Assembly (NCBI GenBank): GCA_043821745.1
Contig: JBDRCL010000061.1
Span: forward strand, 1-36,580
Direction of reading: 5' to 3'
Source: Methanobacteriota archaeon
Lineage (GTDB): Archaea > Hadarchaeota > Hadarchaeia > Hadarchaeales > Hadarchaeaceae
Length of the DNA stretch: 36,580 nt
Part shown: positions 1-9,169 of the stretch, one piece after another
Layout of the letters: each line of letters opens with the position of its first letter
Numbering within the stretch: position 1 is the stretch's first letter
Program-made: the position numbers and the translations under genes
The notes under the pieces: generated by a model
Told to the model about the DNA's origin: nothing
What the model saw: only the letters and a program-made list of their open reading frames with translations
Database searches by the model: none

Positions 1-513
1 GACCATATCCTGCTTCCGCCTCATCCCAGGGATAACGGCGTCAGCATAATCGAACTCCATGAGAATCTCAAAGATCTTCTCCATAAGCTTAAGGGCCGCC
101 TCCGCCTGCCCCACCTCGTTTGCGCGAATCTTATCCAGGATGTGGCGCCTGAGCTCGCCAGCTGCATCCGCCATGGTGGCCAGATACGCCTTGTAAGTTA
201 TCCCTATTTCCTCCACGTCCAGCAGTTTTCCATCGATTATCGCCGCCCTCACCAACTCCGCCTCGCCGTACTCCTGCTGAGCGGAAAGAACGATACCCGA
301 ATCCGCCATCGACGGTCCATTCTTAACCACCATCGTAAGGGCGTTTAGCCCGTCCTTTGCCTCCGCCAGAAAGGCTGCCGCCTCGTCGTGATCGCCCCTG
401 TGGATGGCCGATATGGACCTAGCTGACGCTCTTATTGTGGCCCGAGAAGCATCTAGTGCCTGTTCCCTCAATTTGGCCTGGGAATCGAAATACTCCCTCA
501 TTCGTTCCAACAT
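1..513 (-). CDS. translin-family nucleic-acid-binding protein (C-terminal end runs off the window edge)
   Basis: Own translation of the minus strand from ATG 513..511, with GGAGG a few nt upstream: MLERMREYFDSQAKLREQALDASRATIRASARSISAIHRGDHDEAAAFLAEAKDG...FDYADAVIPGMRRKQDMV. The frame stays open to position 1. It is absent from the ORF track because it is edge-truncated. The pattern fits archaeal translin-like (COG2178) proteins. Confidence 0.7.
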   Translation of the reverse strand, partial: MLERMREYFDSQAKLREQALDASRATIRASARSISAIHRGDHDEAAAFLAEAKDGLNALTMVVKNGPSMADSGIVLSAQQEYGEAELVRAAIIDGKLLDVEEIGITYKAYLATMADAAGELRRHILDKIRANEVGQAEAALKLMEKIFEILMEFDYADAVIPGMRRKQDMV

Positions 514-605
514 GTTTGCGCCTCCTTCAATAACTAAAAGATTGAACTATTCAAGGCTTGTGGGGGTTGCTACTTGGTGCTTCTTTAACGTAATCTATCC
601 CATAC

Positions 606-1535
606 TTATTTTTTACCTTTCAACAAAACCACGCGGCTCAACTCGGACTCCTCCACTACCTCGTAGCCGGTTTCCTGCGCCAAATCCCTGGCGAACGACC
701 TGATCTCGTCGTGGGAAGGCATATTGTCCACGTCGAGCCTGCTGCGCGAAAATCCCACGCACATGTAAGCCTTCACCTCGACGAAATCTGCTCCAGCCTT
801 TTCAATAATCCTCGCGTAGCCCGCCGGGTCTTTGAAGTTAAGGCCCTTGACTAACGTCAGCCGAATGACTCTGCGACAACTGAAGGAAGGCAATATTTCC
901 AAGCTTCTGTTCAACCTCTCCCAACCGTCCTTTGCTGTAGGCTGGCAAACGCCCCTGTAGGTCTCCTGGTCTGGGGCGACCAACGAGATGTAGAGTTGGG
1001 TTGGCTCCGCCATGTGCTCTAGGACTTCCGGGTGCAATCCGTTCGTGACTAGAAAGCTGGTCAGCCCACGTTTGCGGCACTCTTCAATCAAGGCGTCGAT
1101 CTTCGGATAGAGCGTCGGCTCGCCGGCTAGTGAAATCGCGCAGTGCTTTGGCTTCTGAGCTTCCTTGAACTTTATTTTGTCAACTTCAGGATTTCCCCCA
1201 AACCCGCTAATCAGGAGCCTCTGCGCCGAAACGGCCTCACCCAAGATATCGGCTGGCTCATCCGCTTCACCGGCCCATTTCGGGCTGGTCAATTTCGTGT
1301 TCCGCCAGCAGAACACGCAGCGGTGGTCGCAGAACGACAGGCCCGGTGCAAGTTGCAAGCAGCGGTGGCTCTGTATGCCGTAAAACTTCTGTTTGTAGCA
1401 GGAGCCGCGATTCAGCAGGCTCTTCCTGGCCCAGTGGCAAACCTTGACCGCACTGTGGCGGTGCTCCCCCACGAAACGATAGCCTGCGCTCTCAAGCTCC
1501 GCTAGCTCGCCTTCAGAAATCGACATCCACATCAT
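606..1535 (-). CDS. taw1: tRNA 4-demethylwyosine synthase Taw1/TYW1 (radical SAM)
   Basis: ORF 606..1694. Radical-SAM CxxxCxxC (CDHRCVFCW) plus an upstream KVCHW cysteine cluster, as in Taw1. Start set at ATG 1535 (MMWMSISEGE...), which overlaps the TGA of the upstream gene (ATGA). The longer Arg-rich N-extension lies inside the DHH gene. Confidence 0.8.
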   Translation of the reverse strand: MMWMSISEGELAELESAGYRFVGEHRHSAVKVCHWARKSLLNRGSCYKQKFYGIQSHRCLQLAPGLSFCDHRCVFCWRNTKLTSPKWAGEADEPADILGEAVSAQRLLISGFGGNPEVDKIKFKEAQKPKHCAISLAGEPTLYPKIDALIEECRKRGLTSFLVTNGLHPEVLEHMAEPTQLYISLVAPDQETYRGVCQPTAKDGWERLNRSLEILPSFSCRRVIRLTLVKGLNFKDPAGYARIIEKAGADFVEVKAYMCVGFSRSRLDVDNMPSHDEIRSFARDLAQETGYEVVEESELSRVVLLKGKK

Positions 1536-2524
1536 GCCTTCGTGACCAGTTTTTGCTGCAGTATTTTGAAAATTTGTTTCTTGACGTCCTCGAAGCTCCC
1601 CTTGCCGCTTGCGCTTGCGGCTCCGGCATGTCCTCCGCCGGTACCGTTGTACTGCTTGCCGAGGCCTTCCATAATCTCGCCCAAGTGGAGCCACGTCTCC
1701 TTGACGATGTTCTGCCTAGCGCGACCGCTGACCCTGAACTCCCCCTTCTCATCCGAACCGACGAAAGCGACGTCCGCCCCTATTCTGACCAACAAGCTTG
1801 CGGCATCGCCTTCAAACGAACCCAACTCCGAAAACGACACCAAGCGCCCGTTAATCCTCTGCAGCTCCGAGCGTCCTGCGGCCTTCAGCATCGCCACTCT
1901 CCGCGAGATGTCCTCAGGTGGCTTTAGGACCTCAAGCACTCGATTGTAATCCGCGCCTGCTTTCAAAAGGGCATCCACGACCTCGAATGTCTCCTGTTTC
2001 GCCAGCCTGAAGTGACCGGTGTCGCTCACGATTCCGGTGAGCAACAGCGAGGCCTGCTCGGGCTTCAGCCCCACCTCGAGTCGCTCGATGATTCTATAGA
2101 TGAGCTCGGACTCGGAGGCCATGTCCTCGCGAACGTAATAGAAGCTGGCCATCTGCTTGGTCTCCTCGACTGGCTTGTGGTGGTCGATGACCGCGACCTT
2201 GACGGTGGTGTCCCTGAGCTTCTCACCGTACTTGCCCATGTGCCCCAGACTGGAGGTGTCGACAAGGATGGCAAGTTCAAAGTCCAGCTTGGGGTCGACC
2301 TCGATCTCCCGGCCAAAGCTCTTGAGGAGCGCCTCGGAGACCGCCGCAACGTCCATGGCTGCCCCCGCCCTGGCCTGTGCCCCCAGCTCGGTCATAACTT
2401 CTGCCAAAACGACGGAGCTGGCGACAGCGTCCGGGTCGGCGTTTCGATGGCAGAGAACTACGATTCTCTGACCGCCTCTGGCAGCTTGAGACAAAAAGTC
2501 TGCCGCCTCTTTCATGGGGTCCAA
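1532..2524 (-). CDS. DHH/DHHA1-family phosphoesterase (NrnA-like)
   Basis: Motifs HRNADPDAVAS, LVDTSS, VIDHH and C-terminal GGGHAGAASA. The TTG at 2524 or the ATG at 2515 (MKEAADF) could be the start. Confidence 0.8.
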   Translation of the reverse strand: MDPMKEAADFLSQAARGGQRIVVLCHRNADPDAVASSVVLAEVMTELGAQARAGAAMDVAAVSEALLKSFGREIEVDPKLDFELAILVDTSSLGHMGKYGEKLRDTTVKVAVIDHHKPVEETKQMASFYYVREDMASESELIYRIIERLEVGLKPEQASLLLTGIVSDTGHFRLAKQETFEVVDALLKAGADYNRVLEVLKPPEDISRRVAMLKAAGRSELQRINGRLVSFSELGSFEGDAASLLVRIGADVAFVGSDEKGEFRVSGRARQNIVKETWLHLGEIMEGLGKQYNGTGGGHAGAASASGKGSFEDVKKQIFKILQQKLVTKA

Positions 2525-2525
2525 C

Positions 2526-2891
2526 CTAGCTAGCCATCCCTTCCGGACTTTGGCCCTTTAGTGCCTCATCAATTTTGCCTTGCATTTCCTTCAGGCGCTG
2601 GATGGCCCGTTCCCCTTGGCGTTCCAGTGTCTTGACGCGCAAATCCAGAGTTTCCTTCTGCTCGGCGAGGTTTTTCTGAAGGTCAGCCTTGTTGGACTTC
2701 ACCAGAATCGTGCCTAGGCTCTTGTAAACCACAACGTCATCCTGGAGCTTTGTGAGCTCCTCGTGGGCCTTCTCCGTCTCGCGCAGCAGCATCTCCAGTT
2801 GTTGCCGCTGATTCACCAACATCTGCGCCTGTTGTTGTGCTTGCTGGTACTGCGCCAGCTGATGCCGCATTTGGGGCGATAGTTTATCCAT
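2526..2891 (-). CDS. pfdB: prefoldin beta subunit
   Basis: Coiled-coil protein MDKLSPQMRHQLAQYQQAQQQAQMLVNQRQQLE...VVVYKSLGTILVKS... ATG 2891 is preceded by AAGGAGGA. It occupies the conserved position next to pcc1/brix. Confidence 0.85.
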   Translation of the reverse strand: MDKLSPQMRHQLAQYQQAQQQAQMLVNQRQQLEMLLRETEKAHEELTKLQDDVVVYKSLGTILVKSNKADLQKNLAEQKETLDLRVKTLERQGERAIQRLKEMQGKIDEALKGQSPEGMAS

Positions 2892-3159
2892 TATTTTTCC
2901 TCCTTGGCTCCAACATGTCACGCGCGACAATCGCCCACCTTATGAACGAATTGAGCGCTGCACGCAGGGCCGCTGTGTCCTCTGCATCTACCTGTAAAAA
3001 TAAAGCGTTTTCCCTCCTCCTCACGCTGGCTTTGCTACGCGTCGAAGCCGGAAGAACTTCCTCCGGCGCAAGGGCCTGCCTCACGGCTTCGGCCTCGCGC
3101 GCGCTTCGAAACTCCAGCCTTATTGTCGCGCTGGCCTTTTCAGCTTTAACCATGTTCAT
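2884..3159 (-). CDS. pcc1: KEOPS subunit Pcc1
   Basis: 91 aa, ATIRLEFRSAREAEAVRQALAPE...LFLQVDAEDTAALRAALNSFIRWAIVARDML. This is the typical Pcc1 pattern, and the gene sits in the conserved position between Brix and prefoldin beta. Confidence 0.75.
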   Translation of the reverse strand: MNMVKAEKASATIRLEFRSAREAEAVRQALAPEEVLPASTRSKASVRRRENALFLQVDAEDTAALRAALNSFIRWAIVARDMLEPRRKNNG

Positions 3160-3697
3160 CTGCCTCCATTTTGCCTACACCGCCTTTGAACAAGCTTCCG
3201 AATGCCGTCACTTGAAGCACCGGCCCGATCGCCTTCGAGCTCGGCATGGCTCTGAACTGAACCTTGAGGCCATTGTCCGTCGTTATCAGGGCGACACCGC
3301 CCGACTCTGGTAACTTGTCCGAAAGACTGATGCCCAAAAGTTTCCCGACGAATTCCGCAAACTCCTGCGCCCTGGGGCCGTCGGCATGTATCCTCAGGTC
3401 CTCAAGTTTACTGCTCCGACTAGCTTCCCGTTGAATTTTTACCTCCCCTAGCTCGACCATGGCGTCCACCCATCGCCAATCCCGGCCGACCTCGATAAAT
3501 CTAATTTCCTTGGGCTTTCCCGAGACGCTGTTTACGAAAATGACTCGATCGTGCCCGAGTTCTCGGGAAACTGAACCCACTTTTCCGACTGTCTTTGTCC
3601 CACGCGGAACGTACCGCGATCCTGGGATGACCCGGACAAGCCCCCTGCAGAGAATCCTCGCGAGTTGGCCCGGCCGCCTTGACGTCGTTATCAACAT
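3146..3697 (-). CDS. Brix-domain (Imp4-like) ribosome biogenesis protein
   Basis: N-terminus MLITTSRRPGQLARILCRGL...YVPRGTKTV is characteristic of archaeal Brix proteins. Superoperon context. Confidence 0.75.
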   Translation of the reverse strand: MLITTSRRPGQLARILCRGLVRVIPGSRYVPRGTKTVGKVGSVSRELGHDRVIFVNSVSGKPKEIRFIEVGRDWRWVDAMVELGEVKIQREASRSSKLEDLRIHADGPRAQEFAEFVGKLLGISLSDKLPESGGVALITTDNGLKVQFRAMPSSKAIGPVLQVTAFGSLFKGGVGKMEADEHG

Positions 3698-3739
3698 GGC
3701 CTTCCCCGTTTTACAGGCCGGAGCCGAAATAGCGGTGCC

Positions 3740-3871
3740 TCATCTCGCTTTTATCTTGCGGACCGTCTCTTGGCGTGGTTTGTACAGTATGCGCGAGCCG
3801 CAGTGGGGGCAACGCGCGCGATTTTCTGGAAGCTTTTCGATCGTTCCCCCGCACTCACTACACTTGAACAT
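3740..3871 (-). CDS. rpoP: DNA-directed RNA polymerase subunit P (Rpo12)
   Basis: 43-aa zinc ribbon MFKCSECGGTIEKLPENRARCPHCGSRILYKPR inside ORF 3740..4021. ATG 3871 overlaps the L37Ae stop (TAATG). Confidence 0.85.
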   Translation of the reverse strand: MFKCSECGGTIEKLPENRARCPHCGSRILYKPRQETVRKIKAR

Positions 3872-4131
3872 TACGCTCCCTCCTTGGCTGGTGTCTTTTC
3901 CACGGTGGCTATGAGAGCAGACGGAGTATAAGCCGCGCCGGCGAACTTGGCACCACAACGCCTGCATTCCCATATTGAAGCGCCCGTTCTTTTCACCTTG
4001 GGCGCCCCACATCTCGGGCACTTGTGGTCCTGCCTGAGCTTCCGTTCAACCTCAACCACGAGCTTCCGTATCTTTGTCCCGTAGCGCGGACCGAGCCTGC
4101 CTGCAGAACCTATCTTTTTTTTACGCGGCAC
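3871..4131 (-). CDS. rpl37ae: 50S ribosomal protein L37Ae (eL43)
   Basis: MPRKKKIGSAGRLGPRYGTKIRK...CPRCGAPKVKRTGASIWECRRCGAKFAGAAYTP (C4 zinc ribbon). Confidence 0.95.
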   Translation of the reverse strand: MPRKKKIGSAGRLGPRYGTKIRKLVVEVERKLRQDHKCPRCGAPKVKRTGASIWECRRCGAKFAGAAYTPSALIATVEKTPAKEGA

Positions 4132-4135
4132 GACC

Positions 4136-4900
4136 TCACCCCAGTTTGGCCCTCAGCTCGACGGCTTTTGCGCTGGCCAAATCATACACCTGTTCCAGTT
4201 CCTCGCGCGTGAAATAGCCGACGCCGCCCTTTTGCATGGCGCAGATGCTGCCATCGTCCACGGTCGTTATCGTCAGCCTGGCGTCCATCATCCGTTCCTC
4301 GTCCAGGCACGGGTCGACAACCAGCTTATCGTCTATCTTGGCAACCGTCACCGCCACCGGGCGCTTGCTGAGCGGGAACGCTGGAAGTTTCCAATCCTCA
4401 TCCTCCGGCGGCTTCACGTTGATAAGCGCGGCAATCGCGGCGAGCGCCGAAGCGTTTATCAGGCCTCCGTCGTGGTCCAAAACATCTATGTCTATGAAAA
4501 CTGCCCAGACGTCCTCTCCCGACTTTATGTTCAGCTTATCCAGGTCTATCGCCTCCGACTCCCTGACGCCTCGGTCAACTACGCGCGCGACCTCGATGGC
4601 CTCCACGCGCGGCGGCCCGGGCTCGAACGTAGGCGACGCCATAGGCAGGAGCTCCGCATTCACGATGAGAACGCCGCTGTTAGGCTTGTCGGGGAAAGGC
4701 TGGGCATGCATCAGCTTGACTCCCGCCAGCACCTGGGTCTTCCCGAACATCACCTTGGCCGAGCCGTTCGCCGTCTTGATTATGCCCGTCTCGATGGTAA
4801 CGTCCCTCAACTGGTCGATCGCGCGACCGTCGACGCGCTTTCCCTGCCGAACAAGGTCAATTATATAGTCCCGTTTGACGCTTGAAATTATCTCGTACAT
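4136..4900 (-). CDS. rrp42: exosome complex protein Rrp42 (RNase PH-like, inactive subunit)
   Basis: RVDGRAIDQLRDVTIETGIIKTANGSAKVMFGKTQVLAGVK. Lies immediately downstream of rrp41. Confidence 0.9.
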   Translation of the reverse strand: MYEIISSVKRDYIIDLVRQGKRVDGRAIDQLRDVTIETGIIKTANGSAKVMFGKTQVLAGVKLMHAQPFPDKPNSGVLIVNAELLPMASPTFEPGPPRVEAIEVARVVDRGVRESEAIDLDKLNIKSGEDVWAVFIDIDVLDHDGGLINASALAAIAALINVKPPEDEDWKLPAFPLSKRPVAVTVAKIDDKLVVDPCLDEERMMDARLTITTVDDGSICAMQKGGVGYFTREELEQVYDLASAKAVELRAKLG

Positions 4901-5623
4901 TTACTCTCCCTCCTTAATGGCATACTTCTCCTTTAGTGCCTGCCGCTGCACCTCGTAAATCTTCTCGCAGCCCTGGAAGGCCAAGTCCACAGCTTGTTTG
5001 AACTCCTCCTTGGTGAAGTGGCCGTCCATCTGCAGCAGTGTTATCACTTTCCTGCGCGGCACTATCGCTATCGGCATGTCGGTTTGCCCAAACTGGTCCT
5101 CTTCCTTCATCAGGTCGAGGATTATTGTGTCGTCCACCTTGCCAGCCGCTACAGAGGTAACCAAGTCCCTCATCGGCACCCCGGCGTCCGCCAGAGCTAC
5201 CGCCGCGGCGTTTATTCCCGCGGTGCGCGTCCCGGCATCTGCCTGCAGAACTTCGATGAAGACGTCGATCACGGACCTCGGGTAAAGCTCGAGGAAAAGC
5301 ACAGGCTCAAGTGCCTCCTTCGTGACCTTCGATATCTCCATCGAGCGCCTGTCCGGTCCTGGTCGCTTGCGATCGTCAACCGAGAACGGGGCCATGCCGT
5401 ATCTGCAACGCAGCACTGCCGAGTCAGGTTGTTGATTGTGCCTGGGGTGCATCTCCCTCGGACCATAAACAGCCGCGAACACTTTGTTGTTTCCGAGCTC
5501 CACGTAAGCGGAACCATCCGCTCGCTCGAGAACTCCGGCTTTTATCTTCAGCGGCCTGAGCTCGTCTGGAGCCCGACCGTCGAGCCTCTTTCCATCTACT
5601 ATCAATTTCTCAGGTTTATCCAT
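4901..5623 (-). CDS. rrp41: exosome complex exonuclease Rrp41 (RNase PH-like)
   Basis: [43 protein letters not shown]...[20 protein letters not shown]. Confidence 0.92.
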   Translation of the reverse strand: MDKPEKLIVDGKRLDGRAPDELRPLKIKAGVLERADGSAYVELGNNKVFAAVYGPREMHPRHNQQPDSAVLRCRYGMAPFSVDDRKRPGPDRRSMEISKVTKEALEPVLFLELYPRSVIDVFIEVLQADAGTRTAGINAAAVALADAGVPMRDLVTSVAAGKVDDTIILDLMKEEDQFGQTDMPIAIVPRRKVITLLQMDGHFTKEEFKQAVDLAFQGCEKIYEVQRQALKEKYAIKEGE

Positions 5624-6319
5624 TCAAATTCCTCCCGATTTTTCCTTTTCAAGCATGAGGGCCACCCGGTCTGTCAACCCGGAAGTATGCGCCTCGCGCT
5701 CGATCATGAGTACGGCCTCAACGGCCAAGTTAACCATCTTGGGGTCATCACCCCATATTATTATCCTTCCGTTCTGTCCCACCGCAAGCGTGCAGCCCGT
5801 GTTCTTCTCTATGACCTTGAGCATCGACCCCTTGCGCCCCAAGACCCGCGGCACTTTGGCCGGCGAGATCTCCACCATCTTCCCCCCTCTGATCTGGCCC
5901 ATGCCCCGTTCCATCGTCTCGAGCAGCACCCGCATGTACTCGTCAACGTCCTTGATTGAGGCAAGCACGACGTCGCCCATGCCGAGGTACTGACTTATGT
6001 CCTCTTGGTCCAAGTCTACCTTTCGATGGACCAGTTCGGAGACAAAGAGGTTCCCGTTATACGGCGAGTTCAGGTCCAGTATCCAACCGGACTTGTGAGC
6101 GTCGATGACAACCCCGACGACCAAGTCGCCGACATGCGGTATGTAACGACCCTGCAGGGGAATCACCCTAATCTGCTCCCCCTTGACATCAGCAAGGCCC
6201 ACCACCGCGGAGTATATCTTGTCGCCCTCACGGAACGAGCCCTCCATGTACTTGTAATCGCCCTCCGCAATCAACTGCCCCGGGATTACTATCTCCCTGT
6301 TTTGAACGTGTATCATCAT
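5624..6319 (-). CDS. rrp4: exosome RNA-binding subunit Rrp4 (S1 + KH)
   Basis: S1 region VGDLVVGVVIDAHKSGWILDL and KH region VPRVLGRKGSMLKVIEKNTGCTLAVGQNGRIIIWG. Confidence 0.9.
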   Translation of the reverse strand: MMIHVQNREIVIPGQLIAEGDYKYMEGSFREGDKIYSAVVGLADVKGEQIRVIPLQGRYIPHVGDLVVGVVIDAHKSGWILDLNSPYNGNLFVSELVHRKVDLDQEDISQYLGMGDVVLASIKDVDEYMRVLLETMERGMGQIRGGKMVEISPAKVPRVLGRKGSMLKVIEKNTGCTLAVGQNGRIIIWGDDPKMVNLAVEAVLMIEREAHTSGLTDRVALMLEKEKSGGI

Positions 6320-7008
6320 ACCACCTTCGTCTCCGCCTCTCCCCTAGTCAGGTCGTTCAGCTTGTCGAAGAACTCCCCCTGGATTCCGGCCGAGATCTCC
6401 ACGACCGCGGCCCAGGAGCCGTCGCTGAGCCACTGTTCTTGCTTCAGCGTCCCGAACTCCCTAACCGTGCGCTGCACCCTGCCCGCGTGGCTCGCCGAGA
6501 TCTTTATCGCTATCCTCTTCGTCTCGAACTTTAACGGTATGGTCGGCAACAACGCCTTCACAATCTTGGGCAACTGCTCCTCGGCGCTCTTGTACTCGTC
6601 TATCTGTATCTTGGACTCGTTTATTGCGGACTCTATCCTAGCGGGAGGGTGAGGAAATCCCGTCTGCGGGTTTATCGCACGCCTGGAAATCGTGGCCACT
6701 ACCTGCTTCATCCTCTGCTCGCGCATCCTCCGCCTTTGCTCGGTCGTCACCTGGACATCGCCGCTTTTGATAATCTGCTCCGCGATCTTCAGGACGTCAG
6801 AAGTTCCGAATGCCTTTCTGACCATCTCCTCCGAGGCCTCGTCACCCTTCTTGGAGTCCTTGAAGATCTTGTCCGTCGCCAATAAGCTGCGCATGTCCAC
6901 ATTCCCACCTGTCCTCAGATTCAAAGCTAGCTCGGGGTCAACAAGCACCTCAAAGGTCGTACCATGGCTCGACAATCTGGCTATAACTGCCTCATCTAAT
7001 TTTACCAT
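6316..7008 (-). CDS. SBDS-family ribosome maturation protein (Sdo1)
   Basis: MVKLDEAVIARLSSHGTTFEVLVDPELALNLRTG... The start of rrp4 overlaps its stop. Conserved superoperon position. Confidence 0.88.
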   Translation of the reverse strand: MVKLDEAVIARLSSHGTTFEVLVDPELALNLRTGGNVDMRSLLATDKIFKDSKKGDEASEEMVRKAFGTSDVLKIAEQIIKSGDVQVTTEQRRRMREQRMKQVVATISRRAINPQTGFPHPPARIESAINESKIQIDEYKSAEEQLPKIVKALLPTIPLKFETKRIAIKISASHAGRVQRTVREFGTLKQEQWLSDGSWAAVVEISAGIQGEFFDKLNDLTRGEAETKVV

Positions 7009-7014
7009 GGCCCG

Positions 7015-7767
7015 CTACTCCTTTGCGGGCTTAGCCTGCGGCTTTGGGCTTAAGCGCTTTAGGTATTTAGCTAAATCCACGTCGTTGAGCTTCTTAAATC
7101 GCTTTGTCTTTAAGGGTATGACGGCTATCTCCACGTTTTCCTCGCCGAACTCTCCCTCGATGATCATTCGCAACGCCTCCAGCGCCAGAAGAATGGCATC
7201 GTCAAGCGAAAGCGCCTCGTCGTACTTTCGCTCGAGGAAATCGGTTACCGTTGGAGCTCCGCCGCCTATCGCTTGACACTTGTACGCTGCCACGACCCCG
7301 CTCGGATCCGTTTCGAAGAGGTGAGGCTTCCTGTCGTCGACGCCGGCAATCAGGAGCCTGGCGCCGAACGGCCTGACCCCGCCGTGCTGAGTGTAGAGCT
7401 GCTTCGTGTCCCCGATGCGCTTGGCGAGGGCTTCCACGCTTATCATCTCGTCGTAGCGCAAACGGTTGACCTGAGCCTCGATGCGCGCGTGATCGATGAG
7501 CACGCGGGCATCCGCTATCAACCCGGAAGCTGCAGCTCCGATGTGCTCGTCCACTTGGAAAATCTTCTCGATTGACGTCTCTTCCACTAGTTTGCTCCTA
7601 ATTCTTTTCTCCGCAGCCAGAACCACGCCTTCATTTACCTTGACGCCCAACGCCGTAAGCCCGCGCTTGACGGCCTCTTGGGCATATTGAACCTGGAAAA
7701 GCTTACCGTCAGGACTGAAGACGGTTATCGCTCTATCGTAACCTGCACCAGGTGGAACAAATGCCAT
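7015..7767 (-). CDS. psmA: proteasome subunit alpha
   Basis: [34 protein letters not shown]. An A/T-rich TATA-like stretch (TTTAAAAAA on the coding strand) lies about 15-20 nt upstream of the ATG. Confidence 0.95.
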   Translation of the reverse strand: MAFVPPGAGYDRAITVFSPDGKLFQVQYAQEAVKRGLTALGVKVNEGVVLAAEKRIRSKLVEETSIEKIFQVDEHIGAAASGLIADARVLIDHARIEAQVNRLRYDEMISVEALAKRIGDTKQLYTQHGGVRPFGARLLIAGVDDRKPHLFETDPSGVVAAYKCQAIGGGAPTVTDFLERKYDEALSLDDAILLALEALRMIIEGEFGEENVEIAVIPLKTKRFKKLNDVDLAKYLKRLSPKPQAKPAKE

Positions 7768-7885
7768 GCATATCTACCTTTTTTAAACCTATGACAGTGA
7801 TTCAATAACTGTAAGATATGAGCGTATTTAACATTAGCGGCAACGGTCCCCATCTTTCATGACGGTGCATTCCGTCCCTTTGACG

Positions 7886-8164
7886 CTACGATAAAAATTT
7901 TCTTTTCGCGGCCCTGATGGTGCCTGAAACCCCCAGGACTTTGAGGGGAGACTCGCCGTGAGCCATGACCCCCTTGAGCTCACCCACCAGGTCGTGACTG
8001 CAGCGAAGTAGGCCCTTTCTGGAGTCTGCGTCGTGCGTGATCACCCTGACCTCCGCACGGTCGACCCCAATCATTTTGCACATGGAGGCCGCGACACGAT
8101 AAACGTCCTGTTTATCGGCGCCCGAGACCGCCTCGAAAGCCATGTACCTGCGCCTATGCCTCAT
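7886..8164 (-). CDS. rnp2: RNase P protein component 2 (Pop5/Rnp2)
   Basis: RRRYMAFEAV...GLLRCSHDLV...LKVLGVSGTIRAAKRKFLS matches archaeal Pop5 hallmarks. At 92 aa it is short for the family. Confidence 0.75.
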   Translation of the reverse strand: MRHRRRYMAFEAVSGADKQDVYRVAASMCKMIGVDRAEVRVITHDADSRKGLLRCSHDLVGELKGVMAHGESPLKVLGVSGTIRAAKRKFLS

Positions 8165-8609
8165 GCTTTGCCCGGGCCTCCAAAAAATTCAACACTTTTT
8201 TTATCGCGACTTCGCGTTCCGCTGGGAAAGCAATTATCTTAAACCGCATATGAATGGCGTCGCCGACATCAGTGGGGACAAGTTCGCCGCCATATGCGGC
8301 CTGCTTGTCGAACCTGATGTAGAAGAAACACGAGTCGTCAACCCTATCCTGAACGACCATCCTCAGTTTGGCGAACGCGCCTTCGTACATTCCGGACATC
8401 AAGTGCTGCCAGAACTCCCTGAGTGCCTTCCTTTGATTCACTCTGGCCTCAAAGGAGACGATCGGGTTTCCGTGATGGCCCTTCATGCTGGACCTCCGAA
8501 CCTCCACGGACTCCGGCAGGAGCTTCTTCACTGGGTCAAGAACGCGCTGCTCGTCCTCGGTCGCGTGCGCGTGGACGCTTACCACCGCGCTGCTAAAGGG
8601 GAATTCCAT
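8154..8609 (-). CDS. DUF54/COG1325 RNA-binding protein ('predicted exosome subunit')
   Basis: 151 aa, VSVHAHATEDEQRVLDPVKKLLP...FFYIRFDKQAAYGGELVP. Conserved position between rpl15e and pop5. Confidence 0.65.
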   Translation of the reverse strand: MEFPFSSAVVSVHAHATEDEQRVLDPVKKLLPESVEVRRSSMKGHHGNPIVSFEARVNQRKALREFWQHLMSGMYEGAFAKLRMVVQDRVDDSCFFYIRFDKQAAYGGELVPTDVGDAIHMRFKIIAFPAEREVAIKKVLNFLEARAKHEA

Positions 8610-8613
8610 CCGC

Positions 8614-9153
8614 TCACTTTATTCTGCCACGAGCTCTGACGCTGGGCCTGATGCGTTCGGCACCCTTGCCCTTTGTTGCCATTCCCCTCGACTTTTTGCC
8701 CGCACGGGTCAAGCCCCTGTGGACGCGCCCTTTCTGGCTCTTGTTCGCGATCCAACCGAGCTGCGGGTCGCTGAGAATGGCCGGGTGACTGGGGTCCAGC
8801 ATTATGACCTCAAAATACTTGCGGGTCCCGTCGGCTGCGACCAAGTAAGAATTCAGCACCTCGAGGTTGGGGTACTTTCTGGCCGCTCTCTCCTCCGCGA
8901 TGAGTTGGATGTTCTTCTTCGGCACTATCTTCAAAACGCCCATGCGCTTTGGCCTTCTGCCGTGAGCCGGCCGGACCTTGCGCCGGCCACCCTTTCTCAC
9001 GCGCGCCCTCACGACGACCACGCCCTGCTTCGCCTTGTAGCCGAGCGATCTCGCCCTCTCCAGGTCGGTCGGCTTGTCGATGCGCTGAGCAGCTGAGACC
9101 TTGCGCCATTCGGCCATGCGACCTCGCATCAATTCGTTTTGTCCTACCGTCAA
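8614..9153 (-). CDS. rpl15e: 50S ribosomal protein L15e (N-terminally short, TTG start)
   Basis: ...[58 protein letters not shown]...NSYLVAADG. The frame is closed by TAG at 9177..9175. The TTG at 9153 has GGTGG 7 nt upstream. Confidence 0.9.
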   Translation of the reverse strand: MTVGQNELMRGRMAEWRKVSAAQRIDKPTDLERARSLGYKAKQGVVVVRARVRKGGRRKVRPAHGRRPKRMGVLKIVPKKNIQLIAEERAARKYPNLEVLNSYLVAADGTRKYFEVIMLDPSHPAILSDPQLGWIANKSQKGRVHRGLTRAGKKSRGMATKGKGAERIRPSVRARGRIK

Positions 9154-9169
9154 TTGAACGCCACCAAGA

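Noticed and set aside
606-1694. N-terminal extensions of several track ORFs: Taw1 to 1694, RpoP ORF to 4021, prefoldin to 2930, S3Ae to 19257, Kae1 to 28506, GlmM to 18488, SerRS to 20639
   Set aside because: The extensions are Arg/Gly-rich or low-complexity and overlap the upstream gene. In each case a conserved family N-terminus begins at an internal ATG with an SD or a stop-start overlap.
4232-5959. Long antisense or out-of-frame ORFs, e.g. 4232..4885, 4236..4868, 4994..5959, 10820..11362, 11564..12289, 12515..13042, 20879..21943, 35608..36126
   Set aside because: These are shadow ORFs typical of GC-rich coding DNA. Each lies wholly inside a confidently identified gene, and their Arg/Pro/Gly/His-rich, repetitive composition has no family resemblance.
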